The translations under genes were made by a program, and so were the position numbers. The notes beneath the pieces were generated by a model. It had not been told where the DNA came from, made no database searches, and worked only from the letters and a program-made list of their open reading frames with translations. Source: Camelus dromedarius (Eukaryota). Taken from it: a stretch of 64,000 nucleotides of DNA. The stretch's first letter is position 1. Each line of letters opens with the position of its first letter. Location of the stretch: contig NC_087437.1 of NCBI RefSeq assembly GCF_036321535.1, forward strand, positions 37,760,001 through 37,824,000, in the 5' to 3' direction. Shown one piece after another: positions 41,661 through 54,730 of the stretch.

Positions 41661-42627
41661 AGATGCATTTATTGCCCTTCCTTTAAGCATTTGTTCTAAT
41701 CTGTGTCATATCTGATGCTTATTATTTCTCTTCAGGCTATACTTTTTCTTGTCTTTTGACAAGCTTAATAATATTGTTGAAACCAAACATGATATACTGG
41801 GTAACAGGAACTAAGCTAAAGGCCTTTAGTGTTAAGGTATTATTTTAACCTAGCTAGGAGTTAGGCTGTGCTTAATGTTTGCTGTGGCTGTAATTGCCAA
41901 GAAGCTTCATGTTCCTCTAGCAGCCCTGCTTTTGTCTCTCTTGCTGTCTTGGGAATTTCCAAAGAACTCCTCCTTCTATGGAACCTGGGCCTTTCCATTG
42001 TATTCCACTGTCTATATGGCATAAAGTATATGAGAAGGGAGACATTCTATAATCTTATCATTTAACCTCAGTCTTTTACTGGGCTTATATCACTGGGCTG
42101 TGACCTTCACAAGTATTTCTTGGCCCCCGCCAAACACTACCCGAGCCCCCATTAGGTGAGACAGGAGGACTAGAGGGGCTAAAGTTGGGTAAATGCCCTT
42201 CCCCTTAGAAGAGAGAAGACCCTGGTAGTCTTTTTCCCTTAGAAGAGGGATTTTGGTATGGAGAATGCTCTGGGTATATTTCAAAATGATTTTTTCCCTC
42301 TATCTTTGCCAGAGACCTGATGATGGAATATTTCCTGGCTTTTCTGTGGTAATCCAGTGAAGTTCTAGAAGTAAAACACAAAAAGCATGGGGGTATTCCT
42401 GAGAGAGTGAACCCCAGAAATTTCTCAAACTCATGCTTGTGCACACTTAGCCCCAACAATTTGTCAAACTTATTATTTGTTTTCTACCAGTTTATGGCTC
42501 TAGCCACTTATGCTTCATATAAAATTACCTTGGCTGGGATTCTGTATATTTATCTCTCTCACCAGATTTCTGAGTGGTGCTTACCCATCAACCTCATTTC
42601 CTGTTGGGTCTAAGAATAGTCATTAGT

Positions 42628-44372
42628 ATTATTTAGTTTTTTTTTCTTTTTTTTTTTTTTTTGAAATATAGTCAATTTGCAATGTTGTGTTAATTTCTGA
42701 TGTACAGCATACTGATTCACAGATAGATAGAGAGATAGAGAGATAGATAGATATTCCTTTTCATATTCTTTTTCATTATAGGCCATTACAAGGTATTGAA
42801 TATAGTCAATAATAGGACTTTGCTCTTTATCTATTTTATTTATCGTAGTTAGTGTCTGCAAATCCCATACTCCCAGTTTATCCTTCCCTAACCCCTTTCC
42901 CCCCAAGTAACCATAAGTTTGTTTTCTATGTCTGTGAGTTTGTCTCTGTTTTATAAATAAGTTCATTTGTGTCCTTTTTATATTCACATATAAGTGATAT
43001 CATATGAAATTTTTCTGTCCCTTTCTGGCTTACTTCACTTAGTGTGACGATCTCAGCTCTATCCATATTGTTGCAAATGGCATTATTTTATTCTCTTTAT
43101 CACTGAGTAGAATTCCATTGTATAAATATACCACAGCTTCTTTATCCAGTCATCTGTCAGTGGACATTTAGGTTGTTTACATGTCTTGGCTATTGTAAAT
43201 AGTGCTGCAGTGAACATTGGAGTGTGTATCTTTTTGAATTAGCATTTCCTCCAGATATATGCCCAGGAGTGGGATCACTGGATCATAGGGTAAGTCTATG
43301 TTCAGTTTTTTAATAAATCTCCATACTGTTTTCCATAATGGCTACACCAAATTGTATTCCCGCCAACAGTGTAGGAGGGTTCCCTTTTCTCCACACCCCT
43401 TCTAGCATTTATCATTTTTGGACTTTTTAATGATGACCATTCTGACCAGTGTGAGGTGATAACTCATTGTATTTTGATTTGCATTTCTCTGACAATTAGT
43501 GACACTGAGTATTTTTTCATGTGCCTATTGGCATTTTGTTATGTCTTCACTGGAAAAATGTTTAATTAGGTTTTCTGCCTATTTTTTGTTTGGGTTTTTT
43601 GGGGTTTTTTTACTGAGTTGTATGAGCTATTTGTATATTCTGGAAGTTAATCCCTTGTCAGTCACATAATTTGCAAATATTTTCTCCCATTCCATAGGTT
43701 GTCTTTTCATTTTGTTTATAGTTTCAAAATTTAGTGACATTGGGAAAGCTAATTAACATTTCTAAGTCTCAGGAAGGTTTAATGGTAGGATGACAACTTA
43801 TATAAATTTATTTACAAACTTTTTAATTTACTTATGTTAATATGCTCTCACTGTTCAGTTGAGTTGTGTGTGTGGTGTGTATGCACATCCACACACAATT
43901 TAATGGGTTCAAGAAACATAAGCATATATAGTAACCATTTTCTTCTGTAGAAGAAAACTTATTGAAAGGAGGGTTGGATTCAAATTTCAGGTTTACTATC
44001 CATTAGCTCTGTGACCTTGGATAAGTTAATAAATTGCTCTCTTTTCTATTCCATTGATCCATATGTCTGTTTTTGTGCCAATACCACACTGTTTTGATTA
44101 TTGTAGCTTTGTAGTATTGTCTAAAGTTTAGGAGGGTTATTTCTCCAGCTTTGATCAATATTCACAAATCAATCAATGTGATATGTCACATCAACAAAAG
44201 AAAGGACAAAAGTCACATGATCATCTCAGTAGATGCAGAAAAAGCATTTGATAAAATTCAACATCCTTTTATGATAAAAACTCTTATCAAAGTGAGTTTG
44301 GAGGGAACATATCTCAATATAATAAAAGCTATTTGTGATAAACCCACAGCCAACATAATACTCAATGGTGAA
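42628..44372 (-). mobile_element. Younger complex L1 insertion: poly-T, 3'UTR/ORF2 (to 43725), non-L1 insert (43728-44038), ORF2 (44039-44153), inverted RT segment (44154-44372)
   Basis: Antisense 3' terminus ttgaaatatagtcaatttgcaatgttgtg. Plus ORF 44151-44375 reads [40 protein letters not shown] (L1 RT). Degenerate TSD gaatagtcattagt / gaatagccgtgggt. Confidence 0.92.
43728..44038 (+). repeat. Copy of 29636-29948 embedded inside L1 ORF2
   Basis: ~88% identical, same orientation as donor, L1 sequence on both sides. Confidence 0.97.
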
Positions 44373-46301
44373 TAGCCGTGGGTTTTTTTGTTTTTGTTTT
44401 TTATGAAGATAGGAGTGATACCTTCCAAGACATGTTGGAGGTAAACCCAAAAGTTCTATCACTTGTTTTTTGACTATTTAGAGAGTTTATTTATTTATTT
44501 ATCATGTAAATGGTGTATTATCTATTTTATGTATTGCTGGATTTGATTTACTAACATTTAGTTGAAGATTTTTGTAGTTTTTTGGTTTTTTTTTTTGTTT
44601 GTTTGTTTTTTTTAATGAGAGATACTGATACATCATGTTCCTTCGTGGAAATGTCCTTGTTAAATTTAAATCTAAGTTATTCTGGCCTCAAAAAATGAGA
44701 TGGGAAATAGTCCCTTCTCTATTCTCCAAAATAATTTGTATAATATTGATATTAATTTCTCCTTACACATTTGATAAAATTCACCAGTCAGGCCACCTGT
44801 GTCTGAAGTTTATTTTCAGAAAGGTTTTTAATTACAGTCTTAATGACTTTACCATATATAGGTAGGTCAGTTTGTTTTTTTTCTTGTGCTGATTTTCAGT
44901 TGTATTTTCCACTATATTTATCTGTTTTATCTAAGTTCTTGAATTTATTGGAAAAATTTTAAATAATATCTCATTATTCTTTTTTTGTTTTCTGTTTGTG
45001 AGGGGTGTTCTCTCTTTTCTTTCTGATAGTGGTAAATCTCTCTTTTTTCCCCCCTCTCCCCTCTAACTCTCTCTCTTTACTTGTTTACTTTTTCTAGGAA
45101 TTTACCAGCTTTCTTAATCTTTTTAGAGACCGTATTTTGACTTGTTAATTTTCTCTATTGTTTTTCTATTACACTTATTTCTGCTTTACTCTTAGCTTTA
45201 TATGTTGTGTCATTTGTTTTCATTATCATTCAGTTCAGCATAAATTCTAATTTGCTTCTGGTATTTATTTCTCTTTATTTAAAAGTATATTGTAGAAATT
45301 ACGCCTTTGAGGACTTTCTATCTTACTGTTCTTGATTTCTAATCTAATTCTGTTGTGATCAGAGGATGTATTCTACATACTTCAGCACTGTGCGATTTAT
45401 TGAGACTCATTTTATGGTCCACCATATGGTCACTCTTTGTGCATGTCTGCACTTGATTATGTATTCTTCTTCTATTGAGTGAAACATTCTACATTTGCTA
45501 TCATTCTAACACTTAGGTCTAGTGTTTTGATAGTTTAAATCACATTTTCAATACTCATGGATTTTTGGCTATTGGTTTACTGATAGGGTGATGTTTTAAA
45601 AAAAATCTGAGATTATGAATTTATTTATTTTTGCCTTCATTTCTGCTTTTAGTCCAATTTCAGCTACATTGATTTAAAGTTCTATAATTAGGGATTAAAC
45701 ATTCAGAATTGTTATTTGTTCTTGGTGAACTGAAGTGTTACTATTATAAAAATTATTCTCCATTAACAATCCTCTTTTTTTGAAATCTACTTTGTTTTAT
45801 ACCATTTTAACTACATTAGGTTTCTTATGTTTAGTGCTTACATAGTATATCTTTTTCTGTATCCTTTTATTCTGTACCTATGTGAGTTTTTGTATCTTCT
45901 AAGCAATTTGTAGTTGGGTCTTGCTTTTTTATTTGGTCTGTCAATCTCTGCCTTTCAGAGGCTTAGGCCACTTAAATTTAATGTAATTATTGATGTGAAT
46001 GAGTTCAGATTTATCCCCAGTTGCTTTCCATTTGCCCCACTTGTATTTTATTTCTTTTGTCACTTTTTTGAACTTAATTGAGCTAAGTGAGTATCTTTTA
46101 GTATTCCATTCTATCAGCTCTAATGGCATTTGAGATCTTGATGTCGATCTTTCATATTTTTCTTTGGATTAAAAACATGCATCTTTAACTTACCACAATC
46201 TATTTTTAATTAGTTATTATACACCTGTATGTATAATGTTAGAATCACACAAAAATGAGTAATTTTGTTTTCCATCCCTGCACACCTTCCCTCCCCATCT
46301 A

Positions 46302-46302
<1 letters not shown>

Positions 46303-46332
<30 letters not shown>
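46303..46332. repeat. (CA)15 microsatellite
   Basis: Seen directly. Confidence 0.95.
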
Positions 46333-46334
<2 letters not shown>

Positions 46335-47124
46335 TTTGGCAAAAGGACAACCAACTGAGAAGCCAATTTAGGACCCAAAGCATTTATTCCTAGCTGAATG
46401 GCTTGGAATGAAAAAGTAAAAGCCTTAGTTTCTTTCAGGAGGCCACTGCATATGTAACAACCACAATCAACTGATGCAAATAACTTTTCTGAACAGGCAA
46501 ATGGGATGCACTTTGTATGTTTTATAAAACTAAAACTTTCTTCTAGCTGTCAGAAACACTGAAGATGATATGTTTGCCCCAAGAGATTTTTTGTTATTTT
46601 TTGAATTATGAATATTTTAAATATATAGCAAAGCAAAAAAAAAAAAGGCCTAAGGCTATAGTCACTAATGTGTCTATCATTTACATTTAACATGTTAAGA
46701 TTTATCATATTTATGTCTGATTGCTTTCCTTTTTAAAAAATTTTTAAAATGTTTCAAGTATATCTAAAGCCTGCTCCTCCCCCATCCCATTCTTCCCCAT
46801 CTCTTTTCACACATATATTCTTTACAGTAATTAGAGTACATATTCTGGACCATTGTTAAGGAAGATGAAAAGAAAGTATGGCCTCAGATTGACTATAATA
46901 CCTAATTTGTCAATAGTGTGGTTCAAATTTTTTATATCCCTTCTAATTTTTTGATATATTTAATTAATCCGTTTCTAAGACACATGTGGTTTTGGACTAT
47001 AAATTTAATTTCTTCTACTTTTGTTCAGTATTTCATATATTTAAAATTATTCTGTTAGGCCACAGGAAATCATGATAGTTACATCTTATTTTTACTCTTT
47101 TTTCATTATGTGATGACCTTCTTG

Positions 47125-47360
47125 TCCTTAGAGTCAGTACAGGGAAATGTTTTAATTCAACCCTTCCACTTAGACATATGACTTTATGTCTCAGTAATAC
47201 AGTTTGATTATATTTAAATGGGATATTTGTATGAACTTTTAGTAAGAGCAGGGATAATATGAGTGAAGTTTAGTAGTAGTTTAAGGATTAAATGAGTTTA
47301 TACATAATAAGTGTTCAGAATAGTGCTTGGTTTGTGATAAACTCTAATATGTATCAGGGT
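47125..47360 (+). mobile_element. MIR SINE
   Basis: ccttccacttag...gtttaaggattaaatgagtttatacataataagtgttcagaatagtgcttgg. Confidence 0.7.
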
Positions 47361-47369
47361 AACAAGATG

Positions 47370-50300
47370 TTAACTGTCACTTTTCTGTTTGGGCAGAGAT
47401 CCCTAAGGTCAAGAATAATATGATAGGTGTAAGTGGCCACTCATTCCAAAGTAAGGTGCCAATTCACCTATATTAGACATATTAAGGACATATTAAGGGT
47501 TTATTTGACCTTTCAGCTGGCTTTTGATCTTTACTCACCTCGAAATTATATGAAAGGAAGAAAGTTGAAAAGGCCCACTGGGAATTCTTTATAAAGTTAT
47601 CAGCATGGTTCCTCTCCTAACACTGGACAGGCCTAAAACAGTTAATGAGAGAAGAATAAATTATGGTAAGAAAATAAAGAAAACAAAATCACCATGGTTC
47701 CGTATCATAGCTTATCTGATATAAGCTAGGTAGTTGGCAGAAGTAAAAAGCTTTAATTGCATGGAAGTTTGGAGTTTTCAAATTGGACAGAAAATTTCAC
47801 TAAGTGACTGAAAAAGCTATGGAAAAATCCTCATTCAGGAGGCAGAAGAAAAGTCCACAAAGAAATATTCAGGGAGAGTATTGAAAAGGAATGAAGCTGC
47901 TTTTCTTCACCTTTGACTGTGTCTGCATATCAATAAAACAGTGGTTAGTAGTAGACTTGTCCTATCTGAGTAAATGAGATCTTCAAATATGAAATGCCAG
48001 TTATAGACTTAGGTACAGAGCCAATTTGTTTAAATATATCCTATTAAAATAGGACAGATGCTTATTAAACCTATGCAAATAATATTACCATGAAAAGAAA
48101 CAAGACTCTATGTCTTTGTGAATTCTGAGGGGATAGAAAGAATCAGAAACCATTTAGAAATGGTTCGTTTCAGTTTACAAAAGTATAGTCTACTAAATTG
48201 AGGGTTAGAGATAAATGAAAAAGAAAGTGACTAAGCCCTTTCATACATACATAAAAAATGCAAATTAATATAATTCCAACAATATTGCAGACAAATAACC
48301 ACAATAGAATTCCCTTAATCTGTTTATTTATTTCTATATTAATCAATTACTGTCTACTGAATCTGGGGTCAGCAGTGAACTTTCATGAAGCATGTCCACT
48401 TCCTGAGTGCCGAGAGTCCAGGAAATTCTGATTCAGGCTACTAGAGCAATCTGCACATTGTCTAAACAGTGTGAGCTTAAAACTGTTTACTAAGAGTATA
48501 TTCTTTGAATTATTGACATACTGATAGTCCAGAATATCTGGTATAGTCCTTTGCATGAGGTGCTGCGATTGATTGCCTTTGTTGAAGAGACTAATTCTAA
48601 TCTGTAACTTATAGCAGAGCCTCCTGGCAAACATCATGAAGGAGAAACCTGTTGGATGATGAGACTCTAAATTTATTATAATAAATTTTAGTATAAGAAT
48701 AGAGAAAACTAAAATTCTCTATTAGAGTATAGTAAATAACTATTTTATAAGACTGATCAATATTTCACATGAAGGACAAGAGTATTTTATGGACAGTGAT
48801 GACATTACAAAACTCTAGGGCCTTCTCCAAAAGAATGCGATTTCTGAAATATTAACATTAACAACAGTTTATCTATAAACTTAAACTAAGGTGAGTGTCT
48901 CTTCTGATTTGGCAGTTCTTCCCATGTAGTTCCTGCAGTGACATTGAGCTAATTAAGAAATATGGAGCCTATTAAACAAACCTACTCATTCTAGAACCCA
49001 CCCTTATTTTATAAGATGAAATAACAAATTTGTGTGATTTTCCTGGGGTCCTCTGGGAAAACTCAAAGATAGTTTTAGCTGTGAAATATAACCTGAAAAT
49101 GTTATTTCAGTTTTTAACTTAGGATCTGATCTTGAGAAGGCAAAATCAAAAGAATTATCAAAAGAGATTTGTCATTTAGTAAAGTTAGGATCTTAAGTGC
49201 CTGAGAAACTGTACTTGTTTACCTATTTAATCAAAGTCATGGAATGTTTTAAAATGAACAGAAGAAAGTTACATTATAAGAAACTCTAGTCTTTCACAAA
49301 GAAGGAACTTTTGTTCTTTGTGTTTTGTGTATTATTGTTGTCTTTATTTTAAATAATCAAGGATATGATAAAGTTAACACCAAGTAGAGAAAAATCATTC
49401 TGGAGAGACCAGAAGCTTCATGTCTGTCTGGGCAAATTACAAAGAAGGTAAAGAGTAATTTTTACCATTTTATGTTAGCAACTCTAAGAGGAACTTACCA
49501 TTTTAACAGAGATAAAGTTAAATATAATATTTGGCAGTAAAGAATGTAGACTTTTTTTCTTATGAATAAACTGATCAAAACAGAGTAATCTTTGGCAAAA
49601 TTTTAGCACACATTATTGCATCTTTTCAAAACCTTAGTACATGCAAGTATTTTAAGCCAAGGCAAGTAAAATTTCCCTTTCTGCAAAACTGCAACTTTTT
49701 ATTGCTATTCCAGTTTTGTGTTTCACTATCCTCTTTAACATTCTAGAGGGCAACTTAGGACAAAACTACCCTCTTTTTATCTTGATGAACAAAAATGTAT
49801 TCTTTTACTTTGTCTACATACTCGATGTCACTGCCACCATTGTCCCTAGTATAGTCTCAACCACTTGTATTAATTATAACTTCGAGCCAAAATAACTAAC
49901 TTCTATTTCACACAGCAAACTGAAAAGTAGATAACTGGGGTCTATCATGTATAAGCATTTTACCAGACCACCAAAGGTGAACTGATGCAGCCATACAAAT
50001 CAGTTGACCATCTTAAAGTTGCAAACATGAGCTCATTTATGATCATTACCCAAAGATATAGCCACCTGGTAGTATATAAAAATAAGAACAAAAAGTATAT
50101 AAATTGAAAATGATACTTAGTAAATAGTAATAGTGCTTTAATATTTAATCATATTCTGAAATTAAGATTTCAATGATTAGTCATAGTTTTAAGTTACTCA
50201 AGAATCTTGAAATTAATGGTTAGTCTGACATACTACAAATATAGTTACTATTATAAAAAGTTTGTCATAATTATGACTTAATTTAGTTGACTACAAATTT

Positions 50301-51690
50301 ACTTTTTTATAATCTTAAACCTTACGTAAGGATAATATTAACTTCTTATATTATACCAATATAAGAAGTTTAGGAAGTTCAGATTACCTGGTTTCCTCAT
50401 GAAAAACAAGCCCAAATCTTTTAAAAATAAAACATATGCTTACTTTCTTCCTATCATACTAAGCCAATATTATTTATATTTTTAAAGCCAAACTATTGAA
50501 TAAGCCTGATTTGTCCAATGATTCACTTAATTATGTGTACTTGGATTTTTAGATATTTCCGGGGTAGCGGTTTCCATTAAGAAAAAATGTTTAAGATGTG
50601 TAGCATCCTTAAGGTTTTAGAAGCACACTTTCCTTATTTTCTGTGGATTTTAGGAACATTAGATTTATATTTAAGTATATGTATTTTTATAAAACAATCA
50701 GAGTAGAGCTGCTTTAAGAAACCTAATCATCTTATTTATTTTAATGCCCTCTGGCGGTAGGAAAAGATGTCACTCTTGCACCAGAAAAAGTAAAAGCTTA
50801 TCTGAACTACAGACACAGAGAACTTACAGTTTTAGTGTTACAACATCAGTCACAGGTCAGAGGTAAACCATAAGTATAAAACCCACCAGGTAGATATAAA
50901 AAAGCCATTTCCCTTCCCCATGGGCACAATGTTCTTAAGAGATTTAGGTTCATAAATAGACAAATAAGACTAGCAAAACATTCCTTGTCAACTATCACCC
51001 AACAAAAAACATCACCATCGTCTGTCTGACAGAGATCTTCAAATAGTCAAACCATAAAACCAAATTCCTAATTACTGCAGCTATCAATGAGAACAACTTA
51101 GTTCACAAATTAGATGCAAAAGCAAAACACAAAATCACTAGGAAAAAAAAGGCACAACTAGAAAGTCAGGAAATGTAAAATTTGGGGCTTTACTCTGAGA
51201 GTCAAAAAAAGACTTGCTTGGGCTTAAGTAGCCCACGAGGTGCACTTTGCTAGTAATGCAGTTGTTGTTTTGTTTTGTTTATTTCATTAAGTAAGTCCAT
51301 TTGGGCATCAAAGTAAATGACCTCCACAATAGTTAAAGGTTAAAAAACATGATTCTCATGCAAATATAAAATAAACATGTGTCAAAGGTTTTATTCACTC
51401 AATAGTTAATGAGGAAAGCAGTACCATGATAAAGCCTTATCACAGAGCATTTAAGTAGCTAAGATGTTTAGGCAATGATAGCATAAGATTGCCGAGTTTG
51501 ATTCAAACTGGTTAATGTCCATAAGTTGTAAGTTTTGAGATCTTTTTTAAGAGAAAAAAATTACTTGCATTTTTACCAGTCAAAAATTCTCACATTAACC
51601 TCAGACACTTAAGAGTTGTAAGAGAGCCCAGTAAATAGAAAGTCTAGAAAGTCTAGCCCAACACTGTACTGAAGAACACTTAGTAATCTC
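47370..51690 (-). mobile_element. ERV1 (MER4-group-like) non-coding internal region, LTRs not recognised
   Basis: Colinear similarity to the internal region at 54731-58800 (e.g. tatagtctactaaatt 48184 vs tgtagtctactaaatt 55774; ttaggacaaaactacc 49756 vs ttaggacaaaattact 57296); boundaries approximate. Confidence 0.7.
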
Positions 51691-51823
51691 CATGTTTTAC
51701 CTATCTTGTTCCCCTCCATGTTTTATCTAGTTTTCCTTCAGGATTTTTCTATTTCTGATTATTCTTTTTCCATTATTCATTTTCTTGTTTTACGGACTTA
51801 TCTTAAATCTTATTAAGTATAGT

Positions 51824-52436
51824 TTTTAGGCAGTTAGATAGAAATGAGCACCAGGCGAGGGGAGAGGGTGGGGGAGCAACCCAGAAAATAACAGTGCACC
51901 TGCGCTCAGGATGAGGGATTCCAAAACCTTACTTTCTCTAAATGAGGGCCAGCAAAGAAGCCGACTAGAATCAAACACTGCGGCTGCGAAGCAGAGAGAA
52001 GGACTAAGCTTAACTTGACCCAATGCTCATTATAATGTAGTTAACATTACACTTTGAGCCTCCTCCCGCAGGTTTCTCTGTGTGTATCATGGGTAAGAAC
52101 GTGCACGAAAGAGATGGGTGTGCCTGAGCACAAGGAACATGAGCTGTCGGTCAGCCTGAACACCCAAAGAAAGAACCTGAGATATGAATCAATCAATCAC
52201 AAAAACACCCGGTAAGCTAGTATGTAAGAACAGGAAAAACAAAGATGCGGCACCATTTTTTACTCTCTTGGATTGGCCCACCCACAATTCTCAGGGTGTA
52301 CTATATTCTGCTACCTTTTTTACTTCACTAATAAAATCTTCTGTTTATATCATGTTCTCTGTCACCCCTTAGAAATACATTTTTTTCAGGTGACTAAGAA
52401 CCGAGGTTAACTTTAATTCCCCTCCTCCCGGTAACA
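51824..52436 (+). mobile_element. ERV1 solo LTR (613 bp)
   Basis: 4-bp TSD tagt (51820-51823 / 52437-52440); ends ccggtaaca; aataaa at ~52330; inverted homolog at 61065-61630. Confidence 0.92.
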
Positions 52437-53542
52437 TAGTAATTAGAATTTTTTGTTATCTTTGTATCCTGAAGTTTTTCTGTCTCTTAGTGTCACTAAT
52501 TCGATTTTTCATTTTTGTCCTTCACATTCGTTGTATTGACTTTTATTCCCAGTGTTCAACGATCTTTGATTCTTCATTCACATTGATGGATAAAATATGT
52601 TGATTTGTATATGGGACTAGCAGTGTTTTTTCTTATGATATTCGGGGTTATCTCCTTCCTAGATCTCACTTTTGCATGAGAAGGTGACTGTATGTTCTGT
52701 GTAAGTGGATTGTGCATTTTGATAATCATGGTTTCCTGTAGAATGCATGGGCAGCACAAGGGCAGTTAAACTGGTGACATCCACCATTTCCAAATTAAAG
52801 TAGATATGTGAGATGGTATTCTTTAATGTCATCTGCCCCAGGGTGGCTTTCCTTTCGCTTTATTTTAGGATTTCTTGCAAGTTGATAAAGTAGCTTAATT
52901 CTGCTCTACTTTTCTCTTGACTCTGGGAGCTTTAACCAAGAGTCCTCTTCAGACAAAAAGCCCTCCTTCCACAGAGGGTTAAGCCTTAAGGCAAAGTCCA
53001 CCCCTTCTTGCTGGTTGGTATAAAAAGGAAAAGGGCCAAGGCCCAGTGATCAGCTGTTCTGAATGCTGTTATTCCTCAGCCTCCTGTTCTGTGTATTTGC
53101 TGGTTCTGAGGCTGAAGCATCCCCAAAGCTCTCTTGAAAAGGACAGTACATACCTTGTTTTTCTCATAAGATTTCACTGTTGTGATTTCTCTAGTATTCA
53201 CTTATGTATGCCTTTTATCTTTCAAGTTCTCTAATGAGAGTTCTGCTTTTCCCACTGCTATCATGGTTTCATTATTTTTTAACTTAATATAATTTTTTAA
53301 TAATAACTATGTCATTTAAATTCAAAACTTAGAATGGAGGGTAGGAAAACATTTGTGCTTAGTCTGCTGTTTTCAGACAGAATTTAATCTACCATAACCT
53401 AATTCTTATTTTTATTTTTATTGCAAAATGTATGAATTATATTGGAATACAACTTTTAACTTACCAGTGATTAAAAGAAAGTCATCTTTTGTGATAATAT
53501 ATCATTCTTACTACATGAGAAACCCTTAGTCTATATGTAAGA

Positions 53543-54005
53543 TGTATTGGGAAGAAAAGCTTTTCCTTCTTCCTACCTAGGTCCAGTGTTTGGGGATTTG
53601 CAGATTAACTGACCATAAGCAGATTAACAGAAGTAAAGATAAATTGTATTTACACTTCGCATGCAGAAGTTACTCAGTTACTCACTGAATAGACAGAAAT
53701 AAAGGTTTGTATACCAAAATTAACAAAAATGGAGAGGGGGCATTTAGGGCTTCTATGGGAAGGTAAGGAAGGTTCTACTGGGCTTTTTTGTATGCTAATG
53801 GAAATAGGCAGTGTGTCTCCCTGACACTAAATTCTCAGGAAACTCCCTCTGAAGGAGGTTCATGGCAGCTGAATTTTCAGGAGGCTCTGCTTTAGTCTGA
53901 TAAAGGAAGTTAGATAAGATTTCTTTCTGCCTCTTCTGTAGCTTTAATGCTTTTACTTTACAATGATCTTTATACCAACTCCTAGAGTCCAAATGAGCCC
54001 TGACA
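53543..54005 (-). mobile_element. 3' LTR of provirus (MER34-like)
   Basis: Plus strand ends gagccctgaca next to the PPT; homologous to 61838-62294. Confidence 0.85.
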
Positions 54006-54191
54006 TTTCCCCCACTTGAAACTTCTCTAGGAGTTTCTTAAAAGAAAAAAAGAAGACAAAAAAACTATATTGATTGGTCTGGGTTCAAAGTGTCTGTAGA
54101 TGATGGAGTGGGGACAGCAATGGCAATCTGGTGGGTTCCCTGGTTTGTAGTTTGAGTACACTTGGTGATGGCATAGGCATCAGTGTCATAG

Positions 54192-54730
54192 TGAGACAGG
54201 AGAGAAGGGGGGAGGGCACAATCATTAAAAGAGTGACAGAGCAGTCAGCACCAAGATGGCAGAAGATTCAACTCCCAGTAGACCTTGAGGCCCAAGATGG
54301 CAGGAGATTTGACTTCCAGTAGTCCTTGAGCTTCATTTAATGCTCATTGTACTATATTAGCGTGGTCAGTGGCACTCCCATAAATGCCATGACAGTTCCG
54401 AGCCTAACTGTAACCCAATTCCCAGGAATCCATGCCCCTTCCCCAAAGTAATTGGAGTAGTCCTCCCACTTGTTAGCATATGAAGTTACCAAGCTCATAA
54501 ATACTAACAACTCCGCACCTTGTGGTCTTTCTCTTGCCTTCTGAGATGGCCCCCACTCTGTCTATGGAGTGTGCATTTCTCTGAATAAATCTGCTTTCAC
54601 TCAACTATGGCTCACTGCTGAATTCTTCCCTGCATGAAGCCAAGGAACCTCACTTGGTGGGGCGCATCCCAGGGCCTGGACTGAGACCTGGGACACAGCC
54701 ATCCTCCCTTGCCCCATTTTTTCTGCGTCA
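54192..54730 (+). mobile_element. MER41-like ERV1 solo LTR (539 bp)
   Basis: tgagacag...gcgtca termini; TSD atag (54188-54191 / 54731-54734); MER41-like actctgtctatggagt...aataaatctgctttcact. Confidence 0.88.

Larger units (their letters stand above)
41680..46260 (-). mobile_element. Old antisense L1 segments (5'UTR-like 41680-42627 and 44373-44460; ORF2-like 44490-46260) interrupted by a younger L1
   Basis: Sequence on both sides of the young L1 reads continuously (ctgttgggtctaagaatag... / ...gataggagtgataccttccaagacatgttggag); antisense ORF2-like motifs follow. Confidence 0.6.

Noticed and set aside
44151..44375. RT-like ORF as a possible functional reverse transcriptase
   Set aside because: 74-aa inverted fragment of a dead L1
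47707..47727. tagcttat-ctgat-ataagcta hairpin starting like miR-21
   Set aside because: Only an 8-bp stem inside ERV sequence; the rest does not match miR-21
51853..51875. G-rich run as a G-quadruplex
   Set aside because: Only three runs of three or more G; lies within an LTR
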